Source: Eledone cirrhosa (Eukaryota). Taken from it: a DNA stretch of 64,000 nucleotides. Location of the stretch: contig OZ024740.1 in the NCBI GenBank assembly GCA_964016885.1, forward strand, positions 317,130,001-317,194,000, given 5' to 3'. The position numbers were made by a program, and so were the translations under genes. The notes beneath the pieces are model-generated. The model was not told the origin of the DNA. It ran no database searches and saw only the letters and a list, made by a program, of their open reading frames with translations. The stretch's first letter is position 1, and each line of letters begins with the position of its first letter. Below, piece after piece: positions 13,601 to 26,800 of the stretch.

Positions 13601-16600
13601 CAATTTATCATTGACACTAAATGTTTTTATTATTATCTGCCAAGTGTATATCAAGCATCCATTGCCACCTCTTAAAATTTTCCTGTCTACTTTGTTTTGT
13701 TGATATTTTAGAATAATTTATTCACAAATATTTCTTCGAAATGTTCACCATCACTATATTTTCTTTGATATTCTTACACAATTAGCTTCTCTTCACTGTT
13801 ACCTTTAAATGTTGCACTACAATATATCTCATCTGTAAGAAGGTTAGCTTCCCTGACCCTGCCAACTATTAATCTGTTGTTCTTTCAACATCTAAAAGAT
13901 AATGGAAGCAATCATTAGGAATAAGATTCTTTGTCACCTTCTCCCTCTTCATTGATCACTAGTACAGCTTCCACAAAGGCAGATCTACTAGAGGCCTGCT
14001 ATTCTTTATCATTCTCTGGTTGACTCCTGCCTTTGTCCTCTCATTTGTTATTAGCAAAAACATTTAACCATGTGTAGCATCAGAATCTCTGAGCTAAGCT
14101 GTCTACCTATAGATCTCATCTGTCATTCATTTCTTGGAATGGAAGGTTCTCATCTGATCATACCATCACAGCATGCATTGGTTGGGCTCTCTATAACCCA
14201 CACTTTATCAACTTTTGGGTTCCCCAAGGTTCCCCGCATTCTTCTTTCTGTTACATCTAATAATGCTCACGTTTATACAAATGATACCACCTTTTACTCC
14301 TCTGTAATCTTATTTGAGCAAATGTCATCTACATACAGCCTGAATATCTGACCATACCTGCAGTGCCTTCATGGACAGTTTTCTCAAAGACATTCTTTCA
14401 TGGTGGAATGGTAGTCTAGTTTAGTATAAAGACAGTTACTGTTTATATCAAAGAAACAATCTCCTCACAGTCAACAGTATACACTTAGCCACTGCTCATA
14501 TCAAGGAAACAATTGCCTATCTATTTTTTGACAAAACGATTAAAACCATTGAAGTTGCTGCAAATGATAGTTGTACAATCTTTGATTATATCTCCTGGTG
14601 ATCTCAAACCTCTTCAGAGCTAGAAAATACTTCAGCTCTAATCAGCTGCTGACTCTCTTCAAAATAAGACCCACAATGGAGTGCTTGTTCCCACATCTAG
14701 TACAATTCCACTACTACACTATAAATATCATAGATCACATTGAAAAGGAAGCAATCTACCAGATCGACAAACACTCACCTACCTACTACAAACTCAGGCA
14801 AAAGATACAGTCTTTTCCTCACCCTTCTACTTCTTCATCCACCTTATTCCTGAGAGGGTCAGTGGGGGGGGGGGGGGGGGGTCCTGTTAAAAGCAACCAT
14901 CTGCAACTGATCGGCTGGATCCCCAAGCGAGACCAGCCAAGCTCATGGATGTTATTCAGTCATCTTGCTCGAAGTCTACCCCTGAGTCTCCTGCCAGTTG
15001 GTTTTACCTGTAAAATCTGTCCAGCGATTCTTTCCTCGCCTATTAGAATGGCCTCTCAACTAGTTTGTTTGCAAACCATCTTCACCCATGTCCACTTGAT
15101 ACACTTGTCTAGTATCTCATCACTCATACTGTGTCTTTCTTTTTAGCTCTCTATACTAGACACTTTACCAAATCCTTCCATTACAGAACACCAGCTCTTT
15201 TGAATTCATTTCTTGCTCATATTTTCCCTGCAGATTTCAACCAAACTTAGAGATGTTAAACAGGAATTACCTAACCTAACACTAAATTTTTGAGATTCTA
15301 CACCTTTTTTCATTGTCTTCATTGATTTCAAATTGTCCAGTTTCATCTATGATTATTTCTCACACTTATATCATTATCATCATCATTGTCGTCATCATCA
15401 CAGTTTAGTGCCTGTTCTACACACATGGGGTTGACAGGTTGTCATGTACAGAGGTTAGACTTGTCAGCTGACTATATCTTATTCGTATGCTTTATTTTGG
15501 GGTTGGTTTCTATGAGTGGATACCCATCCTAATGCCAACCACTTTACAGCATGTACTGGGAGCATTTTATCATGACTGGCACTACCATCATACAGGGAGG
15601 GCTGAATGCTTTTTGTTGTGGTACCAGTACTTCCACCATACAGGGTGTACTGGGAACTATTTATCCTGGTACCGGCACTGCTACTTTTCAGAGTTGATGG
15701 TTCTGTAGATAGAGATTTATGTCACCTCTTACATAAGAGATTAATATTTCTTCTTATCCACAATACATCTGAATTATGACTAAAGATGTTCTAAACAGGA
15801 GCACCCCATCAGTTTTCAGACACTGTATCAGGGACTACATTGCCAAATGTGTCTTTTATTTTTTTTTTAAGATGATAAAGTATATGAGTGAGAGATTTGA
15901 CTGCTATTTCTAGCAGGTCGAGCTACCAATTAAAGGAAACATTCAATAAGATCTCAGACCTCATTCACTTACTGAGTGGTGTAGAACTTGTCAAATCAGA
16001 CCAAGGAAACAATGTTTCTATTGGTCTTTCCATTGTTAATACTATCTACCAGTTGCAACTCCTGGCAGAAAGAACAACATGAAATAAAGTGTCTTGCTGA
16101 AGGACATAACACATCGTCCGGTCTGAGAATTGAATTTGCAACCTCACAGTTTTGAATCCAATTCTCTAACCACTAAGCCGTTAGTGCTGTGATATTTGAC
16201 TAGTCATTTCTTGGCTTGTTGTGCCAGGGTTCTATTCTTCCCATTGTAAAGCAAGAGAAATCTTATTCTTCATTCACTTAATGTTAAGGCTATCTAGCTT
16301 TTCATTTAACATACAAATATTAATCTGCAGAATTATCTCTGACATTTGGTGGAGAAGTTTATCTGCTTAAGGCTTTTAAGATATGTATCTTTTAATGATA
16401 GTGTGTGTGTGTGTGTGTGTGTGTGTTTAATAAATGGGACAGCAAACAGCCACAGGAAACAAGTACCACCAATCTCTGGGAGGGCTCTGTAGAAACAGTA
16501 GACAGCTTCTGTTACCTAGGTGACCGAATTAGCAGCAGAGGTGGGTGTTCAGAAAGTACAATAACTCGGGTAAAAACGGGATGGAAGAAGTTCAGGGAAC

Positions 16601-17313
16601 TACTGCCACTGCTAGCTGCAAAAGGCTTCTCCCTCAAAGTGAAAGGCAGACTGTATGATGCATGTGTGCACGTATGAAGGATGACAGCTGCATAAAAAGG
16701 TGCAGTGCACTAGACGTCAATGGAAGCCGCGGAGTGGGGAGACCCAAGAAGCCCTGGGATGAGGTGATAGGAGACCTTACACAGTTACACCTCTCAAAGG
16801 CGATGACACATGACAGTGACCTCTGGCGTCACGCAGTAATACAGAGTACCCGACCTCCCATGGGTACAAGCTGAAGCATATAGACAATATGCCCCACACC
16901 CTCCCACTGCAAAGTAGTCGTGGAGGTGCCACGGCAAAAAAGCACCCAGCACTCACTGTAAATGAGGTTGGTGTTAGGAAGGGCATCCAGCTGTAGAAAT
17001 CAAGCCAGAATCAGTTCCTGTCTGACCCTTGCAAACAAGGAAAAGCGGACGTAAAATGAAATGATGAAATGTATGTATATATATATATATATATACATAC
17101 TACTGTACGTCTGTATACATATATGTATGTACGTGTACATACTTATATATATATATATATATAATAGTGAAATGGTTGTTCAATAAATGTGGTGGAGATG
17201 GAAAGTGGCTGTATCTGAACTCTCCTCTCTTAAATCATCACACACTGCTCTATGTACTACTTAGCCAACTATCACCCAATAACCTATATACATATATAGG
17301 TATGTGTGTGTGC

Positions 17314-17363
<50 letters not shown>

Positions 17364-18427
17364 TAAGAGGGAGAGATTTTAATATTGAGATTTTAGTGCT
17401 ATTAGTTTATATACAGAGTTGCATCACTCCAATGCCCTTCGTTATAAGCCAAATTATATAACTCCTCTGTTTTAAGACACATTGCATCACACCATTACAT
17501 CAACTGCCATTAGCTCGTTCAAGTTTTTTATGCTTTCATTCAGCAAACTTTTCAAATTTTCTTCCAAATTTTGACTTTTTTTACCCCCCTCCTCCTTTTT
17601 CATTTTATTAAATAAGTAACAATGAAAGATAATTTGACGAGGTGTAATTTTCTTTTGTTATATTTTCTTTTTACATAAAACACTTTCTGTATTATTTTTA
17701 TTATTATTATTAATCGGTAAAGCGTCGAACACTTTGCTTCGCGGCATAGTGTTACGGCCCTTTACGTTCTGAGTTCAAATCCCACTTTATTTTTCATCCT
17801 TACGGGACCGATAAAATAAAGTACCAGTAACGCACTGGGTCGATTCAATCGACTTTCTCCTCTCCCCAAAATGACTGTCCTGCGCTTAAATCAGAAACAA
17901 TTATTAATAATGTCAATGCGAAAATAAATTATCTCCCTTTGTAGTAACATAGTCCTTGCTTTTATTAATTTTTTTTTTTTTTTTGTAAATTTGATTTTCA
18001 TTTTTTTCTTATTTCTATTAATTTAGTTTTCAAATTTAGTTACAAGTTTAATTTTGATTTTTTTTCACCCTTACCTTAGTTATATTTTGTAAAACATGTA
18101 GCTGTTCGTTTTTGAAGTGCTGACGAGTTATGTCTCATTTGATGCACATCAGTTGCTAACGAGTCTTATATTGGATTCACTTGAATCGCCTGCTATGATT
18201 TTTTTTTTAAATGAAAAGAAAAAGAAAAAAAATGCTTTTATTTATTTTATTTTTATTTATTTTATTTATTCTTTTTTTTTCCATTTAAACAGAAAGCACC
18301 TTTCTCTATTCAGATTTTGTTGCAGATTGCATTTAAATATTTTGGTTTTTATTTTATCTAGAATATTTTTTTTTATATTTAGAATGACTTAGTGCACTGA
18401 TCTGATGAATAAATATATTTGAAAAAA

Positions 18428-18463
<36 letters not shown>

Positions 18464-18583
18464 GTAAAATTAAAATTAGTAGAAATCTTTAATAAAAAAA
18501 AAAGTTAAATATATGTATTAAAATTATCAAATTTTTCTCTAAATTTGTAAAACAATAAAAAAAAAATCTGTTTGGATATATAT

Positions 18584-18614
<31 letters not shown>

Positions 18615-18877
18615 GGCCTTTTCCATTGGATTATTAAGTGTTATAAAAAAAAAAGATTCAAATTTTCTAACCATGAGTTAAAAATATAACTTTATTGCTG
18701 CTATCTGGTGCCATATATTTTTCAAATTTTCCATTATTCAGTTATATTGGAAAACTGCTTACTGAAAAATAACATATATTGTTATAAAAACGATATTAAG
18801 ATATTGAATTTGTTAAAATCTACTTTGAACAATTTCTTAATTTTAGTTTTTGATCATTTATCTGCTCCTAAATTCTG

Positions 18878-18914
<37 letters not shown>

Positions 18915-20780
18915 ACAACACAAAAGGATGGTTAGTATAGCTGAATGAGGGGAAATACATAATGTAAATTATTGGCATCCAGAGTTAACTAGTTAAATAA
19001 TAATATTTATAATATATATATATTAAAAAAATGCAACTTAAAATATGTAAGTATTTAAAATATGATATTTTAAATTCCAAGTAATAAAATTCCATGGTAT
19101 ATGTAGTTAGTTATTAAAATCATTTCTTCAACTTGAGATGTGTTGTGTGTATAAGTAATTTTCTTGATAAAATACTATAATCCTTGTTTCTTTTCTAGCT
19201 ATTCTTATCCCACCATGGAACAACTTGCTGACGCTGTTCATCATGTTGTTGAACATTACAAGTAGGTACCTTTTCTTTCTTATTGATGTTACTATGTCTT
19301 TTATCATGCTGTCATATCCTTTTACTTTTACTATAACTGTCCCACACTGTAAATGTGGTTGGTGTTAGGAAGGGCATTCAACTGTAAAAACCCTGGCCAA
19401 ATTTACAGTCCCGTCAGAGCAAAGTATGGCATAGTCAATACTGGCCAGACTTGTCTCTTGATGAGGATGACCCATCTGACCCATGCAAGCATGGAAAAAT
19501 GGATGTTAAATGGTTGTTATGGTGATACCACCCTAAAGGCAGAGAATTGGCAGAGTTGTTAGAATGTCAGACAGAATACCCTGTGGTATTTATTTCGACT
19601 TTCTGCTCTCTAAGTTCAAATCCTGCCGGGCAAACGTCAACTCTGCCTTTCATCCATTCGAAGTTGATAAAAAAATACCTGTCTAGTTCAGGAATCACAA
19701 TAAAATACTCCCAGTACATGCTGGAAACTCAATAAAATGCTCCCGGTACATGCTGTAAAGTTGTAGTGCTTTAGTCATGATAAAATTCTCCTGATACTTG
19801 TTGTAAAGTGATAGTACTGGTGTTACACTAAGATGCTCTTAATATATGCTGGAAGTTGGTAGTTCTGTAGACACAATAAAATGCTCCCAATCCATGCTGT
19901 TATGTGGTTAGTATTTAGAAGGGATTCCAGCCATAGAAACCAATCCCAAAACAGAGCATACAAGCAAGACATAGTCACCCGAACAGTCTAGCCACAGTAT
20001 GTGACAGCCTGTCTAATCCACACAAGCATGCAAAATAGATGTTAAAAGATGATAATGATGATGATGATGAACTTGAACAATTACTGTGAGATATTATTTT
20101 TAGCCATTTAAAAAAACACACAAAACCTGTTAACTTTATATAAAAAATATATTTCTTGGTGTCAATATTTTTGTCACACTACCTGCAACCTGGTCAATTA
20201 CATAATTCCACTGTAATTATTAATGATTCTAATCAAAACTCATAATCATCATCATCTAACCTGATCAGCACCTTCTCAATAATGAACCCCTTACTTCCAT
20301 TCCTAAGAACTTTTTATTCTCTTCTTTGTGCACCTTTTTTATATTTCAAATTTATACATGGTAGATGAAATAAATGATAAGAAAATAAACCATTTTTATA
20401 TTTGCTCTTCTGTGCTTGCATGGTCTGGATGAGACCTTTTGGAGGCTGTTTTTTTTATGCCTGGATGCCCTTCTGATGTCAAACTAGACTTTATTTATTT
20501 AAGTATGGTATCATTCATCATCATCATTTCATTTTACGTCCACTTTTCCCTGCTTGCAAGGGTGGGACAGGAACTGATTCTGGCTTGATTTCTACAGCTG
20601 GATGCCCTTTCTAACACCAACCTCATTTACAGTGAGTGGTGGGTGCTTTTTGCCGTGGCACCTCCACGACCACTTTGCAGTGGAATGATAGGGACCCCAA
20701 TCCCTATCATCTCATTTCTACAGCTGAGTAAACTGGAGCAATGTGAAATAAAGTGTCTTGCTCAAGGTAAACAACACATA

Positions 20781-20844
<64 letters not shown>

Positions 20845-23800
20845 AATATGTATAAATCGAAGTTGTAACTGCAATATAGCAGATACCAATCGAATTGTTT
20901 GAGGCAGTCACAAAGTACTCAATGGTGTGAAAAGTTAATACATTTTCGTCCACGTTATATCACAGACATTTATTAAATTACTACAATGCAAGATATATTG
21001 TTTAAGTGAAACAAGCAAATGTCACCGTTTGATTTAAAATGCTGTCAAATTACAAACATTTGCAGCGAAACACATAGACACTCACACACAGAGGCATAAA
21101 GACGCACTCAGACATACACACACACACACACACACAGAAACACACATAAACGAATTATTCAAGGGGAGAAACTCTTCCATGGACTTGTCATTCTGTAAAT
21201 GAAAGTTATTGTCCTTGGTAGTATAAATTATCTATTCTGACGAACTTATTAGTTTGTTACATGCCGAGGTTAGCTTTACTTTTCAATCCTTACAGGGTTG
21301 ATAAAATAAAGTACCAGTAATTCACTGGAGTCGATTTAATTGACTTTCTCTTCCCTACCAAATTGTCAGTCTTGTTTCTAAATCAGAAACGACTATTATT
21401 AATGTATAGTGGTGGCTGTGGTAGAAGTCTTTCCCCTCCTTCCATCGACATCATCATTTTTACAAACACCTTTCCATGCTGGCATGGGTTGGATGGGACC
21501 TTTTGAGGTAATATTTTACAGCCAGATGTTCTTCCTGACACCAACCTTTTTAGCTGCCTCTTACGGCATGCTGACGTTTCGCAGCATAGAGTTACGTCCC
21601 TTTACATTCTGAGTTTAAATCCCACCAAGGTTAGAATTGCCTTTCATCCTTACGGGGTTGATAAAATAAAATACCAGTATGCACTGAGATCGATTTATTG
21701 GAGTTTGCCCTCCTCCAAAATTGTTGGCCTTCTGCCTAAATCAGAAAGTATTATTATTTAGTATTGGCAGAACTGTTAAAGTGTTGGAAGAAATGCTTTG
21801 AAGTATTTTTTATGGCTCTTTACATTCCAAGTTCAAATCTCACCATGGTGAAATACTAGAATCAGTATAATCGCCTAGACACAATAAAATGCTCCCAGTA
21901 CATGCTGTAAAGTGGATGGTTTTAGGAAGGGTATTCAGCCATAGAAAACTAGCCAAAGATCGATTATAATAGCAACACACAAACACCTGAGCAGTTAAGC
22001 CTCAGTACGTGACAACCTGTCTAAACCTTACAAGTATCGAATATAGACATTAAATGGTGGTGGTGAGGATGATGATGGCAGTGGAGGCTGCCTTGATAAC
22101 AACAGAGGAACTATTGCTTGCAAGACATACTCCCACTCATCTGCAAGAGTTGATCTTGTTACTTGTTGTTCATTATATCTGAGGTGGTCTCTCTTGGCTT
22201 GTCTCCATGTCTCTAGAGAGCCTTTTGTCAACAATAGCAGTTTGGAGTTGTTTGGAAGTTTCCAGACTGCTTAGCTATAAACTGGGCATTTTTCATGTCA
22301 TATATCTGACTCCTCCTACTCCTCACCATCATTATTTATTTCTCATGCTTGCATGGGTTCAGATAGATTGTCACAAAGACACAGGACTTAGTGGTTATGG
22401 TGATCAGCTTATGATAAAATGCACCTAGTTGGCATTAATAAGGTCATCTAACAATAGAAACCATGTCATATATAGATCATATGACCAAGATGTGGTTCTC
22501 AGACGTCCTTAATCTTGGACCAAGATAACCTGTCCAACCCATGCTAGCAGGGAAAAGGGGTGTAAAATGATGATGATGAATACTTTATTTGTATTGATTT
22601 AATATTATGTTTTATTTATATTTCAGTTTAAGAAGGATTATAGGATTTGGTGTTGGTACTGGAGCCAATATTCTGGTTCGATACAGTGTAAGTACACTTA
22701 TTAAAATATCTTAAGTTTAAAAACAATGTACAAAGCTGAATTCTCGGCTCATGTTGGTGTCATGACAAATGCGAGCGCCCAGTCCACACTGTAATGTGGT
22801 CGTGTAGGTGTCACAACAAAAAGCACCCACCACACACTGTAAAGTGGCCATTTAGGTGTCACAACAAAAAGCACCCAATCCACACTGTAAAGTGGTCGTG
22901 TAGGTGTCACAACAAAGAGCACCCAGCACACACTGTAAAGTTGTTGTGTAGGTGTCACGACAAAAAGCACCCAGCACACACTGTAATATGTGGTTGGTGT
23001 TAGGAAGTGCAAATCATGGTCCCCTCCGACCTGATCCCTCATAAAGAGACAGCCTGTCCTACCCATGCTAGCATGGAAGATGGATGTTAAATAATGATGA
23101 TGTATAAAGGATCTTGATCTGTTCAAGTGCAGAGATACTATAAAAATAGCTTATAAAATATGGTGAAGACTCTTAGTGGCCAATGGCAACTTCTTTTCCT
23201 GTCTTTTAAGGGTCTTCACCCTATTTTATAGCATATCTGTACAGGAGCACATCATCTTAAGTTTAGTTGAAGACTATATATTGAGCCCCATCAGTATAGT
23301 AAAAACTTATAATGAAAATGATTGTGCACAATGCTAAGGTGCACTACAACTCATCAATAGTGCATGTATAGTACATAGAATAATGTACAAAAGTCAGGAA
23401 AGTGAACAGTGTATGAGTCATGATACACATACAAGCTATATATCACCTTATACATCACCTTGCTCTTAACATCTTGTAATTATTTAACAGAAAACACCTA
23501 AAAACAAGTTTGTTAATTCAAATGTTTATACTATCTTTACTAGTGGATAGAGAGTTGTGAACATTTACAGTAAATTAAGGTAAAGAGTTTCATTTTTAAT
23601 GTGATACACTCACAGTACTTTTTGGTACTTTTCAAGAATGTCTTGCTAATGCAGTCTCATGTGATACAGGACATTAAGAGTCAATATATAAAATATATAT
23701 GATCACATTAACTCACTATATGTTGGATAAAGTGCCTTAAGAATATGTTGACCATCTTCAGTTGGTCTGGGAATCTTGATTCACTTAGAGTTGTTTCATC

Positions 23801-26800
23801 CAAGCCATTCATAAGACAGTTTAACCCTTTAGCATTTACATAACTCTATATTTACTATTGTATTTTCATGGTAAAGGCTTTACCTCACTTAATTCTCACA
23901 TAATATCGAATCTATGAAATTTTGATATTATTTATTTTGAGAACAATACCTTAACATCAGTAGGAGCAGCTGGTTTGAACAGAAAGAGGTGAGAGCATTC
24001 TAGCTGGATATGACCGGTTTAAATGCTAAAGGGTTAAATTCAACTTTAAAAATGTGCAAAAAATAATTGTAAAACAAAAAATAAAATTTTACCGTTACAT
24101 TTTAAAAATTTTTTTGGAAAACACATTTCTTTTTAAAATTATTAATTCACATAAATTAATTCTTTTTCATCAACAATTAATATCTGTTCTTCCATGTTGG
24201 CATTAGTTGGATAGGTTCAATACAGACAAATTTAGCACTTAACCAAAACTGTTCTCCCAGACAAACTGGGTGCCATTTCTTTCAACACTTCCATTCTTAG
24301 CGAAATTTGCCAACACTACACCTGATATTCCCCCTCCATACACAGAAAGACACGTGTGTGTGTCTGTGTGTCTATCATGGCTTCTATGAACTATACATGC
24401 ACCTTTGATGAGTTGTAGTGCACCTGAGCACTACACAATAATTTTCATTATTATATGTAATGTTTTTCAATAATAAAATAATTCTCAATTTCTATTTCCA
24501 GTTGTGCCATCCAAGTTTTGTCGATTCACTGGTGGTGATTAATCCTACTTGTGATGCTCCCGGGTGGATAGAATGGGGCTACCAAAAAGTTAGTTTTATT
24601 TTCTTTTTTCCATCTTCGATATTGTTGTTGTTGAAACAAGAAAACAGATCTTTTCTACATATAACAATATATGTGCTATTTTCTACATATAAAAAGATAT
24701 GTGCAGATCTACTTCAAATTTAGTTGCTATGTATCTAAGCTAGAAATTCCTTTTTATTCTGCTCGTCTGTTTTGGAGGAATTTTGATTTGGGTACTGTAG
24801 ATAACTTTTAGAAATCTCTGGCCTGGCCTGATAGTACCATGGAGAAGGTGAGCATTGTTGGTTTGAGACAAACTCTACAGGCACAGAAGTGCCACCAGCT
24901 ATCATCATCATACGTCTGCTTTTTCCCTTCTTGCAGGGGGGGGGGGGGGGGGGGGGGGGGGCGGGAACTGATTCTGGCTTGATTTCTACAGCTGGATGCC
25001 CTTTCTGACACCAACCTCATTTACAGTGAGTGCTGGGTGCTTTTTTGCCGTGGCACCTATACGTCCACTTTGCAGTGGAATGATAGGGACCCCGGTCCTA
25101 TCATCTCATTTCTACAGCTGAGTAAACTGGAGCAATGTTAAATAAAGTGTCTTGCTCAAGGAAACAACACATCACCCGGTTCGAGAATTGAACTTACAAC
25201 CTTTCGATTGCAAGTCCAATGTTCTAACCACTAAGCCATGTGCCTTCAGTTGTGTCTGTGAGATTCATGCAGAGCAATGAAACCATTCTGCATGCTCTTG
25301 TTCAATGTGTGAGCATTGCTGTCTTATAAATGATTAGTCAAATAGTTGTCATATACAGGACAAATCCAGTTATAACTGAGTTATAAGCCGTAGGTGCTGT
25401 TGCTATGATAAAAAGCACCCAGTCCATCTTGGAAGGTGGTAGTGCCAGAGTCACAATAAAATACTCCTAGCATGGAAAATAGACATTAAACAGTCATGAT
25501 GATGATGATGAATGATTAGTCTAAATCTGTTTTCCTTTTCTTTATATTTGTGTTAGACATTTTCTCTGTTTATAATTTAAACTCTGTGTATAATTTAAAT
25601 ATGATATATACCCAATTATACAATATTAATATATTTAATGTTTGTTTTCCTTGACATTATAGATGAACATGTGGTATTTGTTTAGTGGTCAAATGACGAA
25701 CTTTACTGAAGAGTATCTTTTGTGGCATTGGTTTGGAAAGGTATGTTGTACTCCAAAATATCTTAACCTTTCCATTATTGTATTTCTAATTAAATATATT
25801 CCTTATGTGTTTCAATTCATTTTGAAATATCCAAAGATTTGTAGGAATTCAATAAAATAACTAAGTTTTCCATTAGTAATCTGTTATTTAGAAAATTATT
25901 TAACAAACATTTCTAAAATAAAATTATGATGGAAGGATTTAATATAAATATAAACATTTTGAAATAAGGAGGTTTGTATCATAAATTCAGGGGTGTTTTT
26001 AGGTGGGTTGATATCAAAAGGGTGAAACATTATCAGTAAATAAGATGACAATAATAGTCAAAAGAAATTGTCATTAATATCATTGTGATTGGGCAGCAAA
26101 TTGGCAGAGTCGTTAGAATGTTGGATAGAATGCTTTGCGGTATTCGTTCCTGCTCTCTAAGTTCAAATCCTGCTGAGGTCAACTTTGCTTTTCCTCCATC
26201 ATGGTCGATAAAAAAAAAAAAAGTACCAATCAAGTACTGGGGTCAATTCTTCCTCCATATCTCTCTCTATCCTTCTCTGAAAGAAATCTGCTGTGTTCAA
26301 ACCTGGAGAGGAGATGGGTTCCATCAGGATTAAAAATGCCCTAGAAATGCTGTATGTCAATATGGTGCCCCTACAACTCCCTCAGGAGTTTCAGGACCAT
26401 GCATCATTGTGATCCTAAGGTGGTGGACTGGTAGAACTGGTAGAGCAATTTGTGATATTTAGTTACGTCCCTTAGCATATGTAGTTCAGATTTCATTGGA
26501 GTTGACTTTGCCTTTCATTCCTTGGTCTTCAGGGCCAATAAAAGACGTATTCAGTCAAGTACTGATGTTGATTAAATTGACCTTATTCATCACAAAACAT
26601 TTGTTGCCTTATTATTGCTATATATGTTTTATATGATTATAGAAGTTGTGTTAACCCTTTAGTATTTACATTACTCTATATTTACTATTGTATTTTCATG
26701 GTAAACACATTATCTCACATTATATTGAATCAACATGGCGGTGGGTTGGCAGTATCGGTAGAGGGTCGGACACCATGCTTTGACGCATAGAGTTACGGCC

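Noticed and set aside
25170-25245. tRNA-like A/B box sequences here and in other SINE heads
   Set aside because: SINE heads without a full cloverleaf, not tRNA genes
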